The notes: generated by a model from the letters alone, not told the origin. 64,000 bases of DNA from Candidatus Altimarinota bacterium (GCA_963677745.1 OY782391.1:1120001-1184000), one strand, 5' to 3'. Shown: positions 22,301 through 30,612, numbered from the stretch's first letter. Program-made: numbers and translations.

Positions 22301-24730
22301 ATGAAGGTGAGCCCAAAAAACAGGGGACAGGATCTGCTGGAGATTCTGGAAAAAAAACACCAGATTGATCTGGAGGGATTAATAGACACCATCAAGGGCT
22401 ATAACCCTGAATTTGACGAGAGCAAATTTCGTGAAGCTTTTATCTTTGCAGCGGTGGCGCATGAAGGGCAAACCCGCAAACAGGTCGATGTTCCTTATAT
22501 TGTTCATCCCTTTGAAACGGCCAAGATTCTCACCCAGATTCACGCGGATGAGCCGACTTTGATTGCTTCACTCCTGCATGACGTGCCTGAGGACACCACC
22601 TACACGCTGGAACAGATTGAAGCTCATTTTGGCAAGCAGGTGGCCTACATGGTGGAGGGGATTACCAAATTATCCAAAGTCCACTATCGACATGACATGC
22701 AGCAGCGCGAAGTGGAAAGCATGAAAAAACTGTTCATCCACGTAGCCGAGGATCCCCGCACCATGCTGATCAAGCTGGCCGACCGTCTGCACAACATGCG
22801 CACGCTGGAATATATGGACGTCCCCGAGAAAAGACTCCGGAAAGCCCGTGAAACGCTCGAGGTCTTTACCCCGATCGCCAATTTGCTTGGTATCAAGGAG
22901 TTGCAGGCCGAACTGGAGGATTTATGTTTTATCAATCTCTATCCTGAAGATTACGCAAAATTAAAGGAAAGAGTTCAGCAGGAGAGGAAAGACCACGCCA
23001 AAGACATGGAGAAAATGATTACGGATACCGAAAAAGCTCTTAAGGATAATAAAATTGACGCGATTGTCTATTCCTATCAGGAAAATCTTTATCGAACCTA
23101 TAACCGTCTGAAGCGTGAAAAAAAGACCATCGACGAACTGGAGGTGACGTTTTTAATCAATGTGATCGTCAACGATGTGGCTGTCTGCTACGAAGCTTTG
23201 GGGGCGGTACATGGCCTCTACAGGCCGCATCCGGGCAAAATTCGCGATTATATTTCTTTGCCCAAGGCCAACGGTTATCAGAGCCTCCATACCACTGTTT
23301 TCGGGATCAAGGGTATCAATACCAAATATTGTATCCGTACCAACCAGATGCACTTCGAGGCTCAATATGGAATTGCCGCCAGTTATTTCACCCCTGACGG
23401 CCGTAAACACAAACTTTTCACCAGTGCCGATCCGCGCTCCCACTGGGTTGAGGACGCTTTGCAGATACAAAAAGAACACAGCGCCGAATCCAAATATTTT
23501 GATGAACTGAAAAATTATGTTTTCCAGGATCGCATCAATGTCCTGACCCCCAAAGGCAAAACCTGTGATCTGCCGGTAAGCGCCACCTGTATTGATTTCG
23601 CCTATTCCATTCATACCGAGGTGGGGAACCGGGCCATCCGGGCGGTGGTAAACGGCAACAATGTGCCGCTGGATTATCATCTGCAGACCGGAGACGTAGT
23701 AAAAATCATCACCACCGACTACCCCAAAGGGCCCAGCTATGAATGGATGAGCTTTGCCAAAACTCCCCAGGCCCGCAAGACCATGAAAGAGTATTTCAGA
23801 AGGGAAAGTTCCGCCTCCAAGGTTCAAATCGGCCGGAAAATGCTGCAGAAGGAATACGACCGTGCCGGCGAAGGACTGGTCAACAGTATGTCCAAATGGA
23901 AACTACAGAAAATTGCCCAGCAATTTCCGGCCCTCAACATCCAGACCACGGAAGATTTATTGGTTCATATTGCGGAAGGATCAATTTCCACACTGGAAAT
24001 AATCAACCTGTTGGCTACCGTCATCCCCAATGAACTTTCCGAAAACGGTGAGAACGGTTTCACCAGACGAAAGTCAACCAAGCTTTCCATCAAGGTCACC
24101 TGTGATTCCAGCGTCAATTTTGCCGAACTGATCAGCCGGCTCCAGAAAAGAAAAGAATCGTTTTTTCTGCTTTCCGGAGATACCAAATACAATTATCTCA
24201 ACAACAAGATTATCTACCGTGCCAACATGCTGGTAAAAGGATACAGCGACATCTCCAACATCTGCCGCGAACTGGAGAGTCTTCCCGGCGTGGAACAGGT
24301 ACAGCGTCTGTTCTGGGGTAAGAAACTGGTTTTCTTTTTGGGAAGCATCTTCACCTTCATGGTCTGGGCCGTACATCCCCTGGCGCTCTATTACATCACC
24401 AGCCAGTGGCAGACCAGTCCGGAAGCGGTGCGTCTGGTTGCCAACACGGTCTTGTTCGCAGGCTTGTTTATACTGTTTTCCCTGATCTTTTTTCTTAAAC
24501 AATACACCGAAAACAGCTTTCCCGAATTCCGCGAAGGCAGTCGCCTCTGGCAGGTTGCTTACGTACTTAGTTTCTTCGCCCTGGTCACGATTTTTCTGGA
24601 AATCTATCTCTACAAACTCAGTTTTGACTGGGCCTGGGTATTAGCCAGCGTTATTCTGATTTTCGCCTATCTGACCGGCCAATACATTTATTACCGGGAA
24701 AAAAATCCCCCTGAACATCTCGAAAAATAA
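22301..24730 (+). CDS. RelA/SpoT homolog (HD hydrolase, degenerate synthetase, TGS) with C-terminal TM helices
   Basis: AHEGQTRK, PYIVHP, LLHDVPEDT, IKLADRLHNMRTL, PKANGYQSLHT, DFAYSIHTEVG; four hydrophobic segments at the C-terminus. Confidence 0.92.
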   Translation: MKVSPKNRGQDLLEILEKKHQIDLEGLIDTIKGYNPEFDESKFREAFIFAAVAHEGQTRKQVDVPYIVHPFETAKILTQIHADEPTLIASLLHDVPEDTTYTLEQIEAHFGKQVAYMVEGITKLSKVHYRHDMQQREVESMKKLFIHVAEDPRTMLIKLADRLHNMRTLEYMDVPEKRLRKARETLEVFTPIANLLGIKELQAELEDLCFINLYPEDYAKLKERVQQERKDHAKDMEKMITDTEKALKDNKIDAIVYSYQENLYRTYNRLKREKKTIDELEVTFLINVIVNDVAVCYEALGAVHGLYRPHPGKIRDYISLPKANGYQSLHTTVFGIKGINTKYCIRTNQMHFEAQYGIAASYFTPDGRKHKLFTSADPRSHWVEDALQIQKEHSAESKYFDELKNYVFQDRINVLTPKGKTCDLPVSATCIDFAYSIHTEVGNRAIRAVVNGNNVPLDYHLQTGDVVKIITTDYPKGPSYEWMSFAKTPQARKTMKEYFRRESSASKVQIGRKMLQKEYDRAGEGLVNSMSKWKLQKIAQQFPALNIQTTEDLLVHIAEGSISTLEIINLLATVIPNELSENGENGFTRRKSTKLSIKVTCDSSVNFAELISRLQKRKESFFLLSGDTKYNYLNNKIIYRANMLVKGYSDISNICRELESLPGVEQVQRLFWGKKLVFFLGSIFTFMVWAVHPLALYYITSQWQTSPEAVRLVANTVLFAGLFILFSLIFFLKQYTENSFPEFREGSRLWQVAYVLSFFALVTIFLEIYLYKLSFDWAWVLASVILIFAYLTGQYIYYREKNPPEHLEK

Positions 24731-24800
24731 TAGCTGAAAAACACCACCTGTTTTTAGTTGGTCGGTTCGGTCGTTTTACCTGTTTCGGCGCGGTTTCCGG

Positions 24801-25889
24801 TCAGGCTGAATGACGGAAATGCATCACATCCCCGTCTTTGACTATATATTCTTTTCCTTCCAGTCGCAGCAGGCCTTTTTCCCGTGCCTGGACTTCGCCG
24901 CCGCAAGCCACATAATCGTCATAGCCAATTACCTCCGCCCGAATGAAGGCTTTTTCAAAATCGGTATGTATCACGCCGGCGGCGCGCGGTGCGGTATCTC
25001 CCCGGTGTATTGTCCAGGCCCGTACTTCCTTCGGCCCGGCCGTGAAGTAGGTCATCAGTCCCAGTGTGTCATAGGCCGCATGGATCAATGCGTTCAGCCC
25101 GCTCTCTTTAATCCCCAGCTCATCCAGCAAATCACGGGATTCTTCCTCGGTGAAATTAATCAGCTCCTCCTCCACTTTGGCCGAAATAGGAATGAGCTTG
25201 GCCGATTCCGGCAGGCCCATATCTTTCCGTACCTGTTGTACGATAATCGTTTTCAGATCGTTTTCGGAAATATTGAGAATATACAAAAACGGTTTGGCGG
25301 TAAGCAAATGAAGATCGCGGATTTCCTCACGTTCTTCAGCCGTCAAATTCAGATCGATGGCTTTTTTCCCGCCCTGCAGAAAGTCGTCGATCTTTTGCAG
25401 TAAGGCAGCATAGGCCACTTTTTTCTTGTCACCGGACTTGGCATCGCTATGGGCTTTGCCCAACCTTTTTTCCAGTGTCTGCAAATCAGCCAGTATCAGT
25501 TCGGTATCAATGATTTCCAGGTCGCGTCGGGCGTCCACCCCTCCATGCACATGTATAACATTGTCGTCCCGGAACAGTCTGATCACCTGTCCGATTGCAT
25601 CGCACTCGCGGATATGAGCCAAAAACTGGTTGCCCAGCCCTTCTCCGGTCGAGGCTCCTTTGACCAGACCGGCAATATCCACAAATTCCACGACGGCCGG
25701 TACCAACCGTTCCGGAGTAACCAGTTCGGCAAGTTTGGCGATGCGTGGATCCGGCACCTCCACAATACCCACATTCGGATCAATGGTGCAGAAAGGATAA
25801 TTGGCAGCCATCGCTCCGGAAGATTTGGTCAGGGCATTGAAAAGAGTTGATTTGCCCACATTGGGCAGTCCTACGATACCGATTTTCAT
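24801..25889 (-). CDS. ychF: redox-regulated ATPase YchF
   Basis: GIVGLPNVGKST, NYPFCTIDPN, DIAGLV, TGS domain. Confidence 0.98.
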   Translation of the reverse strand: MKIGIVGLPNVGKSTLFNALTKSSGAMAANYPFCTIDPNVGIVEVPDPRIAKLAELVTPERLVPAVVEFVDIAGLVKGASTGEGLGNQFLAHIRECDAIGQVIRLFRDDNVIHVHGGVDARRDLEIIDTELILADLQTLEKRLGKAHSDAKSGDKKKVAYAALLQKIDDFLQGGKKAIDLNLTAEEREEIRDLHLLTAKPFLYILNISENDLKTIIVQQVRKDMGLPESAKLIPISAKVEEELINFTEEESRDLLDELGIKESGLNALIHAAYDTLGLMTYFTAGPKEVRAWTIHRGDTAPRAAGVIHTDFEKAFIRAEVIGYDDYVACGGEVQAREKGLLRLEGKEYIVKDGDVMHFRHSA

Positions 25890-25920
25890 GTTTTAGAAAT
25901 TATGCGGCGGATTGAAAGCG

Positions 25921-26919
25921 CTAGAATTTTACCAGCACCTTTTCCGGACTGAAAGAGATGATTTTAAGATCGGTTCCCGCCGGCAAAACGATATCGCCGG
26001 AATTAACAACATATATTCCTTTTTGCAGGCTGGAGGTCTTGATCAATAGTTTGAGCGAGTTGCTGTCCAGAGTCGCCAGCACTTCGGGAATTCCCTCTAC
26101 GGTCACCAGAATATTTTTTGGCAGCAGCTCTTTTACCGATGAACTCAAATCATCCGCCGTTTTTGCTTCGACCATCAGTGTCTTTCGTTCCTTGCCGGAT
26201 TCCACCGGAGTGTCCGTTCCGTCAACCACGGTCCCGGAATCCGTCCCGGAAGCATTTGTATCCGTAGTGTTATTCTTTTTTCTGATTTCAATATCCGCCT
26301 GAATTACCGGAGGATCAAAACTTACCGTTTTTCCGGAAAGACTCCACTCGGCCGGAGCTTCCAGAGTTATTTTGCGGCTGAAATCGGCTGTTTCCGTGCC
26401 ATCCAAAGTAATTTTTATCGGCAGATTTTGCAGTTCGGAAATGGCACTGGCGGCCCCGCTAATATTCACGGTTTCTGTATCTATTTTCAGGCTCTTGATC
26501 TCGTAATCCTTGGCCGGAGCGCCCGTGATTTCACTTTCCAGGGTAATGTACCTGCTGGTGATGGCCTCCAGTTTAAGTTTCAGTTTGGCCGGTTCCACCG
26601 CCACAATCGCCAGTTTAACATTTTTAGTGGTGAATCCGACCGGCAGGGTATATTCCCCCTCGCCCAGTCCTTCCGCGTCCAGAAACAAATCAAAATCATT
26701 GCTGTTGGCGGTGATGGATCCGGAAGGAGTCTTATAGAGAATTTTTACCCCTTCGATCTCGCTGGCCACACTGACATTTTTTCCCATGTTAATTATTTTA
26801 ACCGGAAGATTCCCGGGAAAAACATAAACATAATTTTCCACTCCCACCACAAACATCCACAAAATAACGGCCGAAATCACAGCCAGCAGTTTGAGATGTA
26901 GATTTTTAAATATATTCAT
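25921..26919 (-). CDS. cdaR: CdaR/YbbR-like regulator of diadenylate cyclase
   Basis: N-terminal TM KLLAVISAVILWMFV, YbbR-like repeats; overlaps the cdaA stop. Confidence 0.85.
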   Translation of the reverse strand: MNIFKNLHLKLLAVISAVILWMFVVGVENYVYVFPGNLPVKIINMGKNVSVASEIEGVKILYKTPSGSITANSNDFDLFLDAEGLGEGEYTLPVGFTTKNVKLAIVAVEPAKLKLKLEAITSRYITLESEITGAPAKDYEIKSLKIDTETVNISGAASAISELQNLPIKITLDGTETADFSRKITLEAPAEWSLSGKTVSFDPPVIQADIEIRKKNNTTDTNASGTDSGTVVDGTDTPVESGKERKTLMVEAKTADDLSSSVKELLPKNILVTVEGIPEVLATLDSNSLKLLIKTSSLQKGIYVVNSGDIVLPAGTDLKIISFSPEKVLVKF

Positions 26920-27785
26920 TGGCTGTCGCGGTAAACCAAATGCTTTTCCTTCTTTTTTCTGTCTTTCGGCTCCAGGACAATTCGCAGCAGATGCTGCAGT
27001 CTGGCCGCATCGATGTCACGCTCCAGCCGGCCGTTCTTGGCAAAACTGATCGAGCCTCTTTCCTCTGAAATCACGATCACACTGGCGTCAGTGTGATCGG
27101 TCAAACCGATTGCCGCTTTGTGCCGGGTCCCATAACTCTTTTCCTTGTTGTCGAAGCTGGTCGGCAGTATGCATGCGGCAGCTTTGATCCTGCCGTTTTC
27201 CACGATCACCGCCCCGTCATGCAGGGGGCCCTTGCCGTGAAAGATCGAAATCAATAATTCCTTGCTCAGCAGGGCGTCCATTTTCACCCCGCTCTCAATA
27301 TATTCTTTCAGCGGAATACCGTGTCGGAACACAATCAGGGCTCCTTCTTTCCTTTCCGAAAGGTAGACGCAGCTGGCTACCGTCTCGGAAATCATTGCGT
27401 CCACCTGCGGGTTTTTCCCGCCGGTCAGAAAAGGCGTATTGCCGATTTTTTCCAGACCCATGCGCAGTTCCTGCTGGAACAGGATGGGAATGGAGATCAA
27501 TAAAATTGTGAAAAACCTGTCCAATAGCCAGCCTACGGCCAGCAGATTAAGTGATTTGCTGATCAGAAAAAGTATAAAAATAATGGATAGCCCCAGCAGA
27601 ACGCTTACCGACCGTGAGCCTTTCAGCATCGAAAAAATGAAATAAAAGGTCAGCGCCACAATTCCAATATCCAGAAGTACCTGCCACAGGCTCATGTCGG
27701 AATAAATCAGATTTTGCCAAAATTCCCGCGCAATATTGGCGATCTGCGATATGCCGCTGGCAATAAAACTGCTGATGGCGTCCAT
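26916..27785 (-). CDS. cdaA: diadenylate cyclase CdaA
   Basis: Three TMs, FQQELR, GALIV, PLHDGAV, GTRHKAA, VISEERG. Confidence 0.95.
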   Translation of the reverse strand: MDAISSFIASGISQIANIAREFWQNLIYSDMSLWQVLLDIGIVALTFYFIFSMLKGSRSVSVLLGLSIIFILFLISKSLNLLAVGWLLDRFFTILLISIPILFQQELRMGLEKIGNTPFLTGGKNPQVDAMISETVASCVYLSERKEGALIVFRHGIPLKEYIESGVKMDALLSKELLISIFHGKGPLHDGAVIVENGRIKAAACILPTSFDNKEKSYGTRHKAAIGLTDHTDASVIVISEERGSISFAKNGRLERDIDAARLQHLLRIVLEPKDRKKKEKHLVYRDSQ

Positions 27786-27901
27786 GCCCGGGAGGGTTAA
27801 TTTAAGTACATTTTAGGCAATGGGGCCGGTTTTGCCAATAGAAAAGCAGTATTCCGCCGGGAAGGTAAAGTGAACAAGGAAAGGACATAGAAAGGAACAA
27901 G

Positions 27902-27927
27902 AAAAGGCCGCCCTGCGGGCGGCCTTT
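27902..27927 (-). terminator. intrinsic terminator
   Basis: AAAAGGCCGCCC-TGC-GGGCGGCCTTT. Confidence 0.8.
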
Positions 27928-27965
27928 CTAATTATGGATCCGGCCACAACATTTGCCGGATTTTA

Positions 27966-29066
27966 TCAGTATGATTTGAAAGCTTTTTGCAGCTTTTTTC
28001 GATTGGCCCAGGCCAGTACCAGTATAATTCCCAGGTAAAGTGTTTCAGCCGGGCCGGTTTTGGCCAATTTCTTGGGAGCATCGGCGGCCGGTTTGAGTTC
28101 CTCAGTTACGGTTGTTTCCTGAGTTTCTGCAGGTTCCAGAGAGGTGATAGGCTCATTATTCTGGGCAGTCATTGTTTCATCAATGGCACTGGTCAGAACA
28201 TTTTCAGTGGTTTCGCCGGCGGCCGTTTCAGGCGTATCAGTGCCGGTTTCGGCCGGTGTTGTCAGAGTGGGACTTCCCGTCCCTACGGTTATGGAAGCTT
28301 TAAGCGCAGGATTATAGGTGGAGTAATATTCAAAAGTGCCATCCTGGTCGAACAAATAACTGAAACTCTGTCCGCTGGTAAGTACCGGGCTGGCAAAACT
28401 TTGTCCGTTGGTGGATGAGCCGATAATAGTCTGATCTTCAGTGCTGGTATTGGTCCAGACCACAGTTGCTCCTTTATCAATTTTTACTGTCGCGGGTTCA
28501 AAGCCAAACAGGGACACGTCAACATTGACGCTGGGGCCTGTACTTTGTGCAACGGTTTCGGGGGTAGTGGAAGAAGTATCGGTACTTTTTTCAGCTACTG
28601 TGGAAGTGTCAGTGTTTGTGGCGGTTTCAGTAGAGTCCAGAGAGGCTACCCCGGCTGTTGGTGTAGTCTGATTGGTTTCGCTGTTTACAGGCGTGGAGCT
28701 GAGCAGGTCGGATTTGAGTTGTAACGGTTCCTGTACCCAGTAAGCCACATATCCGGCAATGCCGACGATAACCAGTGCGGCGATAATTTTTGTCTTGGGA
28801 ATTTTGTCTTCCGATGGTTCAGTTTCTTCCGCGACTACCGCTGCAGCTTCTTCAGCTACTGTTGTTTCTGCAGCCGGGGCTGTTTCTGTCTGCACGGCTA
28901 CCTGGTCGGCGGTTTCAGCGGTTTTATGTGAAATATTCAAGGTGGTCGCCGGTGCTGCTTCCGCTGAACGCATGGTGGCTGGTCCGGTCTGTTCAAACAG
29001 ATCCATCTGATCGGGACTTACCGGTGTTTCGGTTGTCTCTTCTGGCTTGTTTTCTAGCTCGGTCAT
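27966..29066 (-). CDS. membrane-anchored cupredoxin-like protein with C-terminal LxxTG-type sorting signal
   Basis: FEPATVKIDKGATVVWTN...FDQDGTFEYYS; LAKTGP followed by TM and RKK. Start placed after TGATATACT (-) at 29096-29104. Confidence 0.8.
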   Translation of the reverse strand: MTELENKPEETTETPVSPDQMDLFEQTGPATMRSAEAAPATTLNISHKTAETADQVAVQTETAPAAETTVAEEAAAVVAEETEPSEDKIPKTKIIAALVIVGIAGYVAYWVQEPLQLKSDLLSSTPVNSETNQTTPTAGVASLDSTETATNTDTSTVAEKSTDTSSTTPETVAQSTGPSVNVDVSLFGFEPATVKIDKGATVVWTNTSTEDQTIIGSSTNGQSFASPVLTSGQSFSYLFDQDGTFEYYSTYNPALKASITVGTGSPTLTTPAETGTDTPETAAGETTENVLTSAIDETMTAQNNEPITSLEPAETQETTVTEELKPAADAPKKLAKTGPAETLYLGIILVLAWANRKKLQKAFKSY

Positions 29067-29188
29067 AGCTTTATTGGTATTTGATAAATCTTCACAGTAT
29101 ATCACAAAAACACCCCGGGATTAATGTTCCGGAGGCCTGTGCAAGCCAAAAGGACTATACAAAAAAAAGAAATGTATTGAAACTCAAA

Positions 29189-29450
29189 ATCCCTGAGTAG
29201 CAGAATCAATTTTAGGCATCAGATTGACCAAGTCCAACGGTAACCGTTTTAAAAGTTACATGCTTTCATTTTAATTGGGAAAGCAACTTTATAAATAAAG
29301 ATTGTTTTCTTTTTAAACTGAAAAATCCTGAAATTATTTCTGTACCCAGGGAAGAGGTTGCCTTTGGTCATACAGGGTTGCCTTGAGGACTGTGTGCCAA
29401 AAAAATTTTAGGCAAAAGTCACAGTCCAAAGGCAACCTTCTCCCTGTGAT
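29189..29450 (-). ncRNA. putative structured RNA unit C (diverged third unit of the array)
   Basis: 5' CAGGGAGAAGGUU arm, internal UCCCUGGGUA, 3' UACUCAGGGA; long closing stem; shares ACUUUUAA with units A and B. Confidence 0.55.
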
Positions 29451-29478
29451 AGAAACGCTGTTTTTTAATGTTCAAAAA

Positions 29479-29843
29479 ACTCCCTAAACTAACCTCAATC
29501 CCTTAAAAGTAACTTACAACCTGGAAGATTAAATTTCCTTGATAGTCACTTTTCCTTAAGCATTGCTGTTTAAGATTAGTAATTCTCTTTAATATTCTTT
29601 TCTTTTTTATCTTGCGATAAAAATCAGATTGGAACTTAAAGGTCTGTTCCGAAACTTCTCTATCCGGCTTTTGGATAACCACCGAACTGAATATTTCAGC
29701 ATTCTGAAAACCTGGTAGATTTTCAGTAACGACTTTTAAAGTAATTTTAGCTAGTTTAGGGAGAGAGTTTACACAAAATCGTATCAGCTTGATTTTGTGA
29801 AATGTTAATTCCACTTCGTTTTATGCAAACTTTCTCCCTAGAC
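29479..29843 (-). ncRNA. putative ~365-nt structured RNA unit B
   Basis: Diverged tandem copy of 29876..30250 with compensatory changes, two GCAA tetraloops and a 15-bp closing stem. Confidence 0.75.
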
Positions 29844-29875
29844 CGGTCCTCCTTTTTTTCAAGTATCAATTTAAG

Positions 29876-30250
29876 ACCCCCTAAACCAACTGTCGCCCCT
29901 TAAAAGTAGAAAGCATCTCAGAAGCGCGAAGGATCCAAGATAGAAACTTTTCCCTGAGCATTGCTGCCCAAGACTAGTAATTCTCATTAAACTTTCTTTC
30001 TTACACTTTGTCTTGCGACAAAAGTACAAGATAAAAAATCCAAAAGTTTTCCCCAAAACCTCTTTACTCGGCCTATGGATAACCACCGAACCGATAATTT
30101 TGGCATCCCAGGAACCTGGTGGACTCCTGGAAACGGCTTTCAGGTAACTTCAGCAAGTTTAGAGGGAGAGTATGGCTTCAATCGCAGGTTTGGTTTTTAT
30201 GTTTGTTTTTAAAACCGGTTTGTTATTGAAACCAAACTTTCCCCCTAAAT
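29876..30250 (-). ncRNA. putative ~375-nt structured RNA unit A
   Basis: Same evidence as unit B; lies directly downstream of a near-consensus promoter. Confidence 0.75.
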
Positions 30251-30301
30251 CTCAATTGGTTACTTGTTAGTTTTTGTCTTTATTTCAAATATCATCATAC
30301 T

Positions 30302-30330
30302 ATGATATACCATAGATTTCACCCTGTCAA
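30302..30330 (-). promoter_or_regulatory. sigma70 promoter driving the ncRNA array
   Basis: Minus strand TTGACA-17 nt-TATCAT. Confidence 0.8.
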
Positions 30331-30370
30331 GTGTCTAATCCGAAAAAAACTGAAATAGTCCAAATATAGT

Positions 30371-30399
30371 TTGAAATCTGCATTTGTTTCAGTTAAATT
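30371..30399 (+). promoter_or_regulatory. promoter of tRNA-Phe
   Basis: TTGAAA-17 nt-TAAATT. Confidence 0.65.
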
Positions 30400-30434
30400 T
30401 ATGCCGCTCACCAATCAAAACCCACCTCAATTGT

Positions 30435-30509
30435 GCCGGGGTAGCTCAGTGGTAGAGCGAAGGACTGAAAATCCTTGCGTCGCCAGTCCGATTCTGGCCC
30501 TCGGCACCA
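30435..30509 (+). tRNA. tRNA-Phe (GAA)
   Basis: Acceptor GCCGGGG/CCTCGGC plus ACCA; D arm GCTC/GAGC; anticodon arm AAGGA-CTGAAAA-TCCTT; T arm GCCAG-TCCGATT-CTGGC. Confidence 0.96.
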
Positions 30510-30612
30510 TATACTTCGTAAAATTAACTTCAAACTGGCTGATTTAAAACGTTTGAAGTCTTTATTATGTACCGGGAAAATGGTAAAATGTTAAGATCAT
30601 TTAATTATTACC

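Noticed and set aside
29844-29875. AAGGAGG (perfect SD) in the spacer between RNA units, suggesting a type I toxin-antitoxin repeat
   Set aside because: No start codon at usable spacing and no conserved small hydrophobic ORF across the units.
29503-30086. ORFs 29503..29814 (103 aa) and 29871..30086 (71 aa) as duplicated protein genes
   Set aside because: Their similarity follows from the DNA repeat. Starts and stops are not shared, an upstream 1-nt indel and an in-frame TGA break the frame in copy A, substitutions are non-conservative but preserve base pairs, and the two 3-nt indels are the two sides of one lengthened hairpin.
29189-30250. c-di-AMP (ydaO) or other known riboswitch, CRISPR or TIGR array
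   Set aside because: No ydaO consensus (GCUGAAUC, GGGGUGAAU, CCCGUCAGCUAAC) and no short regularly spaced repeats. An Rfam scan is still needed.
30510-30612. Integrative element at the tRNA-Phe 3' end
   Set aside because: I found no duplicated tRNA 3' segment (att site) and no integrase in the window.
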